In this document: piece by piece, positions 8,670 to 17,572 of the stretch
Layout of the letters: every line of letters begins with the position of its first letter
Position numbering within the stretch: position 1 is the first letter of the stretch
Assembly: GCA_963792965.1 (NCBI GenBank)
Contig: CAWBYW010000004.1
Span: 160,001-224,000 of the forward strand
Direction of reading: 5' to 3'
Length of the DNA: 64,000 bases
Source: an uncultured delta proteobacterium
GTDB lineage: Bacteria; Desulfobacterota; Zymogenia; Zymogenales; Zymogenaceae
Position numbers and translations under genes: made by a program
The notes under the pieces: model-generated
What the model was told of the DNA's origin: nothing
The model's input: the letters and a program-made list of their open reading frames with translations, nothing else
The model's database searches: none

Positions 8670-10592
8670 ATGCATCACGACGAGAGCCGTTACTTACCGT
8701 TTGCCAGTTACGACAAGATGCACGCATTATCGGTAACCGACCCCGAGAAGTTCTGGGCCGGGTGCGCCGAGCATCTGTTCTGGTATAAGAAATGGGACAA
8801 GGTCCTGGATGACTCCAACGCGCCCTTTTACCGATGGTTCGTGGGCGGCAAGACCAATATCTGCTATAACGCGGTCGATCGCCACGCCCTCGGGGCAAAA
8901 AGGGGGATGGCCGCGATCATCTGGGAGTCGCCGACGACGGGCAAGTCGAGGATCCTGACCTATTTTCAGCTCTACCGCGAGGTGAACCGGTTTGCCGGGG
9001 TGCTCAAGAACCTCGGCGTCAAGAAGGGCGATCGCGTTATCATCTACATGCCGATGGTGCCGGAAGCCGTTGTGGCGATGCTGGCGTGCGTTCGTATCGG
9101 GGCCATACACAGCGTCGTGTTCGGGGGCTTCTCGGTTGAGTCGTTGGCCGACCGGATCAACGACGCGGCCCCGAAGGTCCTCGTCTGCGCCGAGGCGGGG
9201 AGCCGCAAGGGCAACAAGATCCCCCTCAAAAAGATCGTCGATGACTCACTGGCGGCGGCAAAGGTAAAGGTCAAACACGTTGTTGTCCTCAACCGCGGGA
9301 TCGGTGATCTCAACCTCGTGGCGGGCAGAGACATCACCTGGGACGAGGCGATGGAAAAACACGGGGAGCTCTTCGTCGAGCCCGAGCAGCTCGATTCCAC
9401 CGACCCCTCCTACATCCTCTACACGTCGGGCACCACCGGCAAGCCCAAAGGCGTCGTACGCGACACGGGCGGCTACATGGTGGCGCTGCACGCCTCCATG
9501 GGGCAGATCTACGACGTGGGGGAGGGCGACGTTTACTTTTCCACCTCCGACATCGGCTGGGTGGTGGGCCACTCCTACATCGTCTACGCGCCGCTCCTCA
9601 AGGGCGTGCCGACGGTGATGTTCGAGGGGACCCCCGACTACCCGAACCCCGGCGTCTGGTGGGACGTGGTGGCCAAGTACGGCGTTACCACGATGTTCTC
9701 GGCTCCCACCGCCATGCGCGTCCTGAGGAAATTCCCGGAGAGCTGGTTCAAGGAAAAGGACCTGAGCTCCCTGAAATACGTCTTCCTGGCGGGAGAGCCG
9801 CTCGATGAGCCGACCTATCACTGGGCAACCAAGGCCCTGGGCACCAAGGTCATCGACCACTACTGGCAGACGGAGTCGGGCTGGCCGATGCTCACCAACA
9901 TGCCGGGGGTCGAGTTTCTCCCGATCAAGCCCGGCTCGCCGACAAAGGGAGCCATGGGCTACCGGTTTTTGGTCGTCAACGAGAAGGGCGAGGAAGTGCC
10001 GCGCGGAGAGAAGGGATTCCTCGTCGCCGAGGGACCGATTCCGCCCGGCACCCTCATGACCATCTGGGGCGACGACCAGCGGTATAAAGAGAGCTATTGG
10101 CAAAACTACCCGGGAAAGAACTACTACCACACGGGTGATTTCGCCATCATGGATAAAGACGGGTACCTCTGGATGCTTGGGCGGGCCGACGAGGTGCTCA
10201 ACGTGGCGGGCCACCGGCTGGGCACCCGCGAGGTGGAAGAGATCCTCTCGTCCCACCCGAAGGTCGCCGAGACCTCCGTTATCGGGGTGAAAGACGAGCT
10301 GAAGGGCGAGGCGATATCGGCGTTCGTCGTGTTGAAGGCCGATGTTAAACCCAGCCCCGAGATCGAAAAAGAGCTGATCAAACTCATCAGGGACAAGATC
10401 GGCGCTATCGCCACGCCGAAGGAGATCCGTTTCATCAGCGCGCTGCCGAAAACGCGCAGCGGGAAGATCATGCGGAGGGTCATCAAGGCGGTGGCGGAGG
10501 GGCAGAAGCTCGGTGATCTGTCCACCATCGAAGACGGCGCGACGGTCGACGAGGTAAAGAAGGCCCTGGAGACGATGGGGGTGGATAAGTAG
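8670..10592 (+). CDS. prpE: Propionate/acetate--CoA ligase (PrpE-like)
   Basis: YILYTSGTTGKPKGVVRDTGGY (PrpE-type), DHYWQTESG and [12 protein letters not shown]. Confidence 0.85.
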   Translation: MHHDESRYLPFASYDKMHALSVTDPEKFWAGCAEHLFWYKKWDKVLDDSNAPFYRWFVGGKTNICYNAVDRHALGAKRGMAAIIWESPTTGKSRILTYFQLYREVNRFAGVLKNLGVKKGDRVIIYMPMVPEAVVAMLACVRIGAIHSVVFGGFSVESLADRINDAAPKVLVCAEAGSRKGNKIPLKKIVDDSLAAAKVKVKHVVVLNRGIGDLNLVAGRDITWDEAMEKHGELFVEPEQLDSTDPSYILYTSGTTGKPKGVVRDTGGYMVALHASMGQIYDVGEGDVYFSTSDIGWVVGHSYIVYAPLLKGVPTVMFEGTPDYPNPGVWWDVVAKYGVTTMFSAPTAMRVLRKFPESWFKEKDLSSLKYVFLAGEPLDEPTYHWATKALGTKVIDHYWQTESGWPMLTNMPGVEFLPIKPGSPTKGAMGYRFLVVNEKGEEVPRGEKGFLVAEGPIPPGTLMTIWGDDQRYKESYWQNYPGKNYYHTGDFAIMDKDGYLWMLGRADEVLNVAGHRLGTREVEEILSSHPKVAETSVIGVKDELKGEAISAFVVLKADVKPSPEIEKELIKLIRDKIGAIATPKEIRFISALPKTRSGKIMRRVIKAVAEGQKLGDLSTIEDGATVDEVKKALETMGVDK

Positions 10593-10616
10593 CTCGTGAA
10601 AAAGAATAGCAACAAG

Positions 10617-10642
10617 AAAAGGCCGGGTCGCCCCGGCCTTTT
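10617..10642. terminator. Bidirectional intrinsic terminator
   Basis: AAAAGGCCGGG-TCGC-CCCGGCCTTTT between the convergent prpE and NMO genes. Confidence 0.8.
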
Positions 10643-10707
10643 CCGTTCTTTCGTAGTAGAGGTGAACTATCGACTCTCAGAGGTGAACAATCCGCTTTTT
10701 CCGTCTC

Positions 10708-11745
10708 TTACCCGAGCTGAGTCCCCAGCCTCTTGTTTGTCTCCCGCGCCTCCTTCACCATCCGGTCAATCACCTCGGCCACCGTGGGGGAGTCCTTCAA
10801 GAGACCCATCACCTGTCCCACGGGGAGGACCCCGACCTTATGGTCGCCGTTCTCGGTGGCGCGCTTGATCGCGTCAAAGGCGTTGGCCATGTAGGCCAGG
10901 GCGATCGCCTTTTTCAGACCCGAAGCCAGTACCCCGAAGAAGAGCTTGGAAAAAGGGAGGCCGAGCTGTTTGGCGATGGCCCGGGAGTTGAAGAAGGCCG
11001 CCGGGAGGTTTACACCCCGCTTGATGACCTTGCGCGCCTGCTGGGTGTCCATCACCCGGGCGGGGAGCCCGTCGAAGTGCGCGGAATAGAGCGTATCGTA
11101 GGCCGTCATTTCCATCGACAGCTTCTTGTAGTAGTCATGAAGAGGGCTCTCCTTTGTCGTCATGAAGCGGGTCCCCATCGCCACGGCGTCGGCACCTAAA
11201 GACAGGGCGGCGGCCAGCCCCCGCCCATCGGCAAAACCGCCTGCCGCGATGACAGGGATAGTGAGGCTGTCTTTAAGAGTGGGGATCAGGATGAGGGAGG
11301 TGACCGGCCCCCCGTGGCCCGCGGCCTCGTGACCCGTGACGATAACGGCGTCGGCGCCGTAGTCCTGGGCGCGCTTTGCATGGCGGACGTTGACGACGGT
11401 GGCCATGACCTTACCGCCGTACTCGTGGGCGCGCTTGACGATCCAGTCTCCCTTGCCGAGGGCGAAGTTGATGACCGGCACCTTTTCCTGAAGCAGCGCC
11501 TCGGCGTTGGCGTATGCGCCGGGCAGCATCAACGATGCGTTGGCGGCAAAGGGTTTCTTCGTGAGGCTCCTGATCTCGCGGACGGCCTGCCGTGTCTCGT
11601 CGGCCGAGAGCGGGCCGGTGGCGAGGATCCCGAGTCCGCCGGCCTCGGAGACGGCGGCCACCATCTTCGGGACGGAGATCCAGCTCATGCCCGAGAGGAT
11701 GATCGGATACTGAATGCCAAAGAGTTCAGTGATACGGGTCTTCAT
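10708..11745 (-). CDS. Nitronate monooxygenase/FabK-family FMN oxidoreductase (IpdC-like), copy 1
   Basis: TRITELFGI.YPI..GM, AGGLG, GHEAAGH, IAAGGFADGRG and MGTRF motifs. Confidence 0.88.
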   Translation of the reverse strand: MKTRITELFGIQYPIILSGMSWISVPKMVAAVSEAGGLGILATGPLSADETRQAVREIRSLTKKPFAANASLMLPGAYANAEALLQEKVPVINFALGKGDWIVKRAHEYGGKVMATVVNVRHAKRAQDYGADAVIVTGHEAAGHGGPVTSLILIPTLKDSLTIPVIAAGGFADGRGLAAALSLGADAVAMGTRFMTTKESPLHDYYKKLSMEMTAYDTLYSAHFDGLPARVMDTQQARKVIKRGVNLPAAFFNSRAIAKQLGLPFSKLFFGVLASGLKKAIALAYMANAFDAIKRATENGDHKVGVLPVGQVMGLLKDSPTVAEVIDRMVKEARETNKRLGTQLG

Positions 11746-11786
11746 GGTCAGTAGCTCCTACCAGATTTATTGAGGAATCAGTATGT

Positions 11787-11805
11787 GTAAGTAATACTCA
11801 CTTAC
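11787..11805. promoter_or_regulatory. Imperfect palindrome, possible TetR operator upstream of NMO copy 1
   Basis: GTAAGT-AATACTC-ACTTAC in an AT-rich region about 40 nt upstream of the start. Confidence 0.4.
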
Positions 11806-11994
11806 TATCTCAAGGAAAAAAAATTGATTTGCCAGTCAATCTCACCCGCGCACTATACCACCGGCGCTTTCTATTGGCAAGAAAAAATGGGCGACGGGCC
11901 ACGTAATCTTACGGAGGAATGGTACGTTAATGTCAGGAGCACGATGGGTTTTATGAGACTCATGCGGCGGGTATCTCAGGCGGTTGAAACGAAG

Positions 11995-12019
11995 GCGGCG
12001 GGCCGTATCGGCCCGCCGC
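11995..12019 (-). terminator. Hairpin after NMO copy 2 (terminator-like)
   Basis: GCGGCGGGCCG-TAT-CGGCCCGCCGC, with a weak U-tract on the minus strand. Confidence 0.5.
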
Positions 12020-12069
12020 ACCATTCTTTTCCGCACATCGAACAAGGACCGTGAGTATCCTTTAGCAGA

Positions 12070-13107
12070 TCAACCGGCCATACCGGACACCTTCTTGGAC
12101 ACGTCCTTGGCTTCCTTGACCATCCGGTCCAGCAGTTCTGCTACGGAGGGGATGTCATGGATGAGGCCCGTGGCCTGGCCCACCGTGAGCACGCCCTTCT
12201 TGAGGTCCCCCTTCTCGGTCGCCCTCATGATGGCGTCAAACGCGGTGGCCATGTAGCCCAGCTGCTTGGCGTTCTTATAGCCGGAGAACATCACCCCGAA
12301 GAAGAGCTTCAGGTAGGGGAGGTGAAGCTGCTCGGCGATCATCTTCGAATTGACGAGCGCGCCGAAGGGATCGAACCCCTTCTTGATGGCCTTCCTTGCC
12401 GCCGGTGTATCGAGCACGCGGCAACCCATGCCGTCGAAGCGCGTGGAGTAGATGGTATCATCAACCGTCTTTTCCATAGAGAGCTTCTTATACGTCTCGT
12501 GCAGGGTGCTTTCTTTGGTAGACATGAACCGGGTCCCCATGGCGATGCCGTCGGCACCGAGGGCCAGCGCCGCCGCCAAGCCCCGGCCGTCGGCAAATCC
12601 TCCCGCCGCGATGATCGGGATCTTCACGGTATCCGCGATACTCGGGATCAGCAACAGGGAGGTAGCGTCGCCGCCGTGGGCCGCGGCCTCGTGTCCCGTG
12701 ACGACGAGGGCGTCCGTGCCGTAGTCCTGGGCGCGTCGCGCGTGGCGAGAGTTGACGACGGTGGCGATGACCTTGCCGCCGTATTCGTGGGCGCGCTTGA
12801 CGACCCAGTCGCCCTTGCCGAGCGAAAAGTTGATAACCGGAACCTTTTCTTCCAAGAGCACCATGGCGTTTTGCGCCGCCCCGGGAAAGAGGAGCGTGGC
12901 GTTGGCGCCGAAGGGCTTCTTGGTGAGCTTTCTGATTTCTTTCACGGCGGCGCGGGTCTGGTCGGGATCCAGCGGTCCCGTTGCCAGCAGCCCCAGACCC
13001 CCGGCCTCGGAGACGGCGGCCACCATCTTCGGGACGGAGATCCAACTCATCCCCGAGAGCATGATGGGATATTTGATGCCAAACAATTCGGTAATGCGAG
13101 TCTTCAT
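12070..13107 (-). CDS. Nitronate monooxygenase/FabK-family FMN oxidoreductase (IpdC-like), copy 2
   Basis: Same length (345 aa) and motifs as copy 1; tandem paralog. Confidence 0.88.
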   Translation of the reverse strand: MKTRITELFGIKYPIMLSGMSWISVPKMVAAVSEAGGLGLLATGPLDPDQTRAAVKEIRKLTKKPFGANATLLFPGAAQNAMVLLEEKVPVINFSLGKGDWVVKRAHEYGGKVIATVVNSRHARRAQDYGTDALVVTGHEAAAHGGDATSLLLIPSIADTVKIPIIAAGGFADGRGLAAALALGADGIAMGTRFMSTKESTLHETYKKLSMEKTVDDTIYSTRFDGMGCRVLDTPAARKAIKKGFDPFGALVNSKMIAEQLHLPYLKLFFGVMFSGYKNAKQLGYMATAFDAIMRATEKGDLKKGVLTVGQATGLIHDIPSVAELLDRMVKEAKDVSKKVSGMAG

Positions 13108-13162
13108 CCGGTTCCTCCTTGGGATCTATTGATTTTCACTTTTGTTTTAAAAAAACAGGTGC

Positions 13163-13190
13163 ATTATATCGAAATCGACCGGCCTGTCAA
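13163..13190 (-). promoter_or_regulatory. Consensus sigma70 promoter for NMO copy 2
   Basis: Minus strand TTGACA-16 nt-TATAAT. Confidence 0.7.
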
Positions 13191-13294
13191 ATAAAATACC
13201 CCGGGTCAGCACCATTTTGCAGACGTGTAGAGGTCGTCTCTTTCAGACGACGCGAGAGGCGCGTCCATGTCGATACCACATCGCCCGGGCACGT

Positions 13295-14431
13295 TCACTG
13301 CGCGGCACCGATGATAGGGAAGACCGTCTTCCTGATATAGTCAACGACGCGATCGATCTCCCGCTCGTTTCTCTCTTTGGTCGGGCCGGTTATATAGATG
13401 TGCGGGTCGGACAAGTCGCCCCCCTCGATCTCCGGGCCGGTCATGACACCGGAGAGAAGACCGGCGTACGGGTTTTCCATCTCGATCCCGTTCAGTTCCG
13501 CCCATGCGATCGTCCATGCGCGCGTCGCCTTCTCGAGGTTATATCCGCCGCCGCCCATCCCGACGATCTTATTGCACAACGTGCGCATCTGCCCGGTGAC
13601 CGTGCGGGTGCAGTTATTGGTGAGACACAGGTTGGTCAGGGGGTCGTTGGCCATGCCGTCGGCGCCCAGCTGGGCGAGGATCACGTCCGGCCCAAATGCC
13701 TTCACCGCCGGAGGGACAATCGCGAAGTAGGCCTTCAGATAGAGATCGTCGTCGGTCTGGGGGGGAATCGGGACGTTAATGGTGTAGCCGCGCCCCTTTC
13801 CCGTGCCGATCTCGTTTTCGAAGCCGGTGCCGGGATAGATAGTGTATCCGCTCTGGTGAATGGAGATGATCAGCGCTCCGTCGTCATCATAGAAGGCCGC
13901 CTCGACGCCGTTGGCGTGGTGGGCGTCTATATCGATGTACGCGAAGCGCTTACCCTGCCGTCGCAGGATCTTCCCGGCGACGGCGATATCGTTGATATAA
14001 CAGAAGCCCTCGGCGTGATCGGGAAAGGCGTGGTGGAACCCGCCGATCGGGTTGAAGGCGACGGCCTGCCCGTCGGTGTCCATAACGCGGTCAAGACCCA
14101 CGAGGGTGCCCCCCGCGGCGACATTACTCTTTTGGAACATCTCTTCAAATATCGGGTTATCGGAGGTCCCGAGGCCCGCTCTTACCGTTTCCTCGGTGAT
14201 CTCTCCGTGACCCGCCGCCTTGAGCGTTGTGAGGTACTCCCGGGTGTGAAACAACAACAGGAGCTCTTCGGGGATGGGCGTGGGCTCCACGATCGAAATC
14301 CACGGCTCGTCGACCAGGCCGTATTTTCTGCAGAGATTGATCATCATCTGCGCGCGTTCGGGGCGGAAGGGGTGGTCCGGACCGTAGGAGAAGCGGGAAA
14401 CGGCGTCGGAATAGATAAAGAAGCTCTTCAT
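13295..14431 (-). CDS. acuC: Zn-dependent deacetylase, AcuC/HDAC family
   Basis: HPFRPER, GGFHHA, GFCYINDI, DIDAHH, YPGTG, GADG..DPL and GGGGY motifs. Confidence 0.85.
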   Translation of the reverse strand: MKSFFIYSDAVSRFSYGPDHPFRPERAQMMINLCRKYGLVDEPWISIVEPTPIPEELLLLFHTREYLTTLKAAGHGEITEETVRAGLGTSDNPIFEEMFQKSNVAAGGTLVGLDRVMDTDGQAVAFNPIGGFHHAFPDHAEGFCYINDIAVAGKILRRQGKRFAYIDIDAHHANGVEAAFYDDDGALIISIHQSGYTIYPGTGFENEIGTGKGRGYTINVPIPPQTDDDLYLKAYFAIVPPAVKAFGPDVILAQLGADGMANDPLTNLCLTNNCTRTVTGQMRTLCNKIVGMGGGGYNLEKATRAWTIAWAELNGIEMENPYAGLLSGVMTGPEIEGGDLSDPHIYITGPTKERNEREIDRVVDYIRKTVFPIIGAAQ

Positions 14432-14574
14432 GGGAGCGACTCGGTGTGTCGGTTATATCGCATTGATATCGTCATCGCCGCCGGGGTGGAGCGCGGCGTC
14501 GTGTAAGGTGCGGTCATTTTTCTAGGGCACTTCCGTATGTCGGAATCGCGGCATCGTTGATGATAAACACTCTT

Positions 14575-14603
14575 TTTATACCAATAGCAGAGCCACAAGT
14601 CAA
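14575..14603 (-). promoter_or_regulatory. Sigma70 promoter for acuC
   Basis: Minus strand TTGACT-17 nt-TATAAA, with a TG extended -10. Confidence 0.6.
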
Positions 14604-14656
14604 TAGAAAAGGCCGGGGGTATTCGGCGGAAATAATGGGGAATAGATAAAAAAAGC

Positions 14657-14708
14657 TTGACACCGTTCGATTTCTTGTGTTAAAAAACTTGAATGAATAG
14701 TCATTCAT
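14657..14708 (+). promoter_or_regulatory. Promoter and FadR (YsiA-type) operator of the beta-oxidation operon
   Basis: TTGACA at 14657 and a TG-n-TAAAAA -10. Palindrome TTGAATGAATAGTCATTCAT (14689-14708) matches the Bacillus FadR box WTGAATGAMTANTCATTCA. Confidence 0.85.
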
Positions 14709-14831
14709 TATCCTGCCCGCCGACTGAGGGGGCAGGGGCAAAGGCCGCCGCGAAAGGCGTTTATTCGACCAGAAAAAGAGTGACAGCGCATCTGGACCTG
14801 CCGCCCTTTAGCGAGAGGGAGTGAACCGCTC

Positions 14832-15431
14832 ATGAGGGGAGAAGATAAACACGCGAAGATCATCAAGGCCGCCGTAAAGGTCTTTGCGAAAAACGGATTT
14901 TACAATTCACGCGTCTCGGAGATCGCCAAGGAGGCCCAGGTGGCCGACGGGACGGTCTATCTTTATTTCAAGAATAAGGACGATATCCTGATCCGCCTCT
15001 TCGAAGAGGAGATGGACAAGATCATCACCAATATGAAAGAAGAGATGGAACGGGTCGCCGATCCGTCCGAGAAACTGAGGAGATTTGCCCTCATTCATCT
15101 CAATATGGTCAGGGAAAACAAGAACCTTGCCGAAGTCATCCAGGTGGAGTTGCGGCAGAGCTCAAAATTTATGCACGAATATAAGAACAGAAAGTTTATC
15201 GAATATCTCAACATTATCTCGGGAATCGTCAAGGACGGTCAGAGGACCGGCCACTTTCGGCCCGACGCCATGCCGGGGCTCTTCAAGCGCTCGTTCTTTG
15301 GGGCGCTGGATGAGCTCTCCAATATGTTCGTCTTCTCGTCGAAGCGAAAATATAACGTGGAGATGGCCTCCGAGCAGGTCGCTTCTTTCTTCATCGCAGG
15401 GCTGGTCCCGCTGTCCGGCCAGAAGGGGTGA
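14832..15431 (+). CDS. fadR: TetR-family fatty-acid degradation repressor (Bacillus FadR/YsiA-like)
   Basis: IIKAAVKVFAKNGFYNSRVSEIAKEAQVADGTVYLYFKNKDDILI, plus QVELRQS and FGALDE motifs typical of YsiA. Confidence 0.85.
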   Translation: MRGEDKHAKIIKAAVKVFAKNGFYNSRVSEIAKEAQVADGTVYLYFKNKDDILIRLFEEEMDKIITNMKEEMERVADPSEKLRRFALIHLNMVRENKNLAEVIQVELRQSSKFMHEYKNRKFIEYLNIISGIVKDGQRTGHFRPDAMPGLFKRSFFGALDELSNMFVFSSKRKYNVEMASEQVASFFIAGLVPLSGQKG

Positions 15432-15521
15432 GTCGTGGGTGGATGCCGCCGTCAGGGGCAGATGACAGGCAGATTACCGGTTCCATTTATATAAATAAAT
15501 GATTTGAGAGGAGACATTCGT

Positions 15522-17498
15522 ATGGAAATCAAAAAGGTTGGGGTCATCGGAGGCGGGGCGATGGGGGGTGGAATCGCCTATCTCCTTTCCTCCGTTGGGA
15601 TCGTGACCATCGTCAAGGATATAGAACAGCGGTTTGTCGATAAAGCCATCGAGAACTGCAAGAAGATCTACGACGGCGGGATCAAGAAGGGGAAGATCAC
15701 CCAGGAGGCCGCCGACAAGGGGATGTCTCTTATCACGGGGAGCCTCACCTACGACAGCTTTAAGGATGTGGACCTGATCATCGAGGCGGTTCCCGAGGTG
15801 ATGGATATCAAAAAGAGGGTCTTTGCGGATCTCGACGCCGTTTGCCCGGAGCATACGATCTTCGCCACCAACACGTCGTCCCTCTCGATCGAGGATATCG
15901 CCAAGGCGACCAAGAGGCCGGCCAAGGTCGTGGGTCTGCACTTCTTCAACCCGGCAAATGTCATGCGGCTGGTGGAGGTCATACACTATCCCGGCACCGC
16001 GCCGGAGGTGGTCGAGGCCCTCATGGACTTCTCGGTCAAGATCAAGAAGACCCCCATCGAGGTGGGAAACTGCGCCGGTTTTGCCGTCAACCGCGTCCTC
16101 ATCCCCTACATGGGCGAGGCGATGGCGGCGCTTCTGGACAGCCCCGGCCTCACGACCGCCGACATCGACAAGGCGGCCACCCAGTTCGGCATGCCGATGG
16201 GGCCGTTTACCCTCACCGACCTCGTGGGGCTCGACGTGGGCACCCACGCCGCGGAGACGCTCGAGGCGGCATACGGGGCGCGGTGCGCGGTCTCCCCGAT
16301 CATGAAGGCTATGGTGAAAGCGGGGCTGTTGGGCCAGAAGTCAAAGAAGGGATTCTACGATTACGGCAAGGAGGGGGCGCCCAACAGCGACGAGTTTCTG
16401 AAGATTCTCGCGGAAGAGCGCACAAAGGTAAAGCCGACCGGCGCCTCGTTCGACTTCCTGAGGCTCTTGCTCGTTCAGATCCGCGAAGCACTGATGATCG
16501 TCGAGGAGGGATTTGCCGAGCCCTACGACATCGATACCGGCATGGTCTACGGAACCGGCTTTCCCTACAAGGTCTCGTGGGGCCCGCTCCACTACGCCGA
16601 GGAGGTGCTGGGCTGGGACAAGATCAAGGCCAAGTTCGACGAGTACGCCAAAAGCATCGACCCGGTCAAGTTCAAGGCCCCCAAGATTCTGAACGATCTG
16701 GTCAAGAACAAGACGCGGCTGCTGAAGCGGGCCCACTATAAAGTGGACAGGAACGGTGTCGCGCTGATGTACATCGACAATCCGCCGATGAACGCGCTGG
16801 CCGAAAAGACCGTTCGGGACATCGACGAGGCATTTGGGGCGGCATTCAAGGATCCCAAGGTGAAGGTCATCGTGCTGACCGGCGCGGGCTCCGTCTTCGT
16901 GGCGGGGGCCGACATCAAGGAGATCCAGTTCGTTAAGGGCAAGGAAGAGGGCATAAAGCTCACCCGGATGGGGCAGGAGATACTGAACAAGATCGAATAC
17001 TCGAGGAAGCCCGTCATCGCCGCAATCAACGGCTACTGCCTCGGCGGGGGGCTCGAGATCGCCTCGGCCTGCCACATTCGCTATGCCTCGAGCAAGGCGA
17101 TGATCGGGGTGCCGGAGATCAACCTCGGCATCATCCCCGGATTTGGCGGGACCCAACGGGTGCCGCGGATCGTCGGCAAGGCGCGGGGCATCGAGATGGT
17201 CCTTACCGGTGAGTTTCTCACCGCACAACAGGCCTACGACTACGGCCTTCTCCAGAAGGTCACGACCCCCGACGCGATCGTGCTTGAGGCCAGGAACCTG
17301 GCGACAATTATGGCGGGCAAGGGGCAGGTGGCAATCGCCGCCGCAATGGAGGCGATCACCGAGGGGCTGAAGGTCGTCCAGGATGAAGGGATGAAGATCG
17401 AGTCGGAATGCTTCGGCAGGCTCTGCCTCACCGAGGACAAGAAAGAGGGGATTTCCGCCTTCATCGAAAAGAGGGCACCCAAGTTTAAGGACAAGTAA
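15522..17498 (+). CDS. Bifunctional 3-hydroxyacyl-CoA dehydrogenase / enoyl-CoA hydratase (HAD N-terminal, ECH C-terminal)
   Basis: GGGAMG, EAVPE, NTSSL, HFFNP and PMGPF, followed by crotonase motifs FVAGADI, GGGLE and PEINLGIIPGFGGTQR. Confidence 0.92.
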   Translation: MEIKKVGVIGGGAMGGGIAYLLSSVGIVTIVKDIEQRFVDKAIENCKKIYDGGIKKGKITQEAADKGMSLITGSLTYDSFKDVDLIIEAVPEVMDIKKRVFADLDAVCPEHTIFATNTSSLSIEDIAKATKRPAKVVGLHFFNPANVMRLVEVIHYPGTAPEVVEALMDFSVKIKKTPIEVGNCAGFAVNRVLIPYMGEAMAALLDSPGLTTADIDKAATQFGMPMGPFTLTDLVGLDVGTHAAETLEAAYGARCAVSPIMKAMVKAGLLGQKSKKGFYDYGKEGAPNSDEFLKILAEERTKVKPTGASFDFLRLLLVQIREALMIVEEGFAEPYDIDTGMVYGTGFPYKVSWGPLHYAEEVLGWDKIKAKFDEYAKSIDPVKFKAPKILNDLVKNKTRLLKRAHYKVDRNGVALMYIDNPPMNALAEKTVRDIDEAFGAAFKDPKVKVIVLTGAGSVFVAGADIKEIQFVKGKEEGIKLTRMGQEILNKIEYSRKPVIAAINGYCLGGGLEIASACHIRYASSKAMIGVPEINLGIIPGFGGTQRVPRIVGKARGIEMVLTGEFLTAQQAYDYGLLQKVTTPDAIVLEARNLATIMAGKGQVAIAAAMEAITEGLKVVQDEGMKIESECFGRLCLTEDKKEGISAFIEKRAPKFKDK

Positions 17499-17572
17499 AG
17501 GATACTCCGGAAGGGACGGGGGAGCCCCCTCCTTTCCGATCTTATAGCAGCGAAACGAAAGGGGGTGAAACG

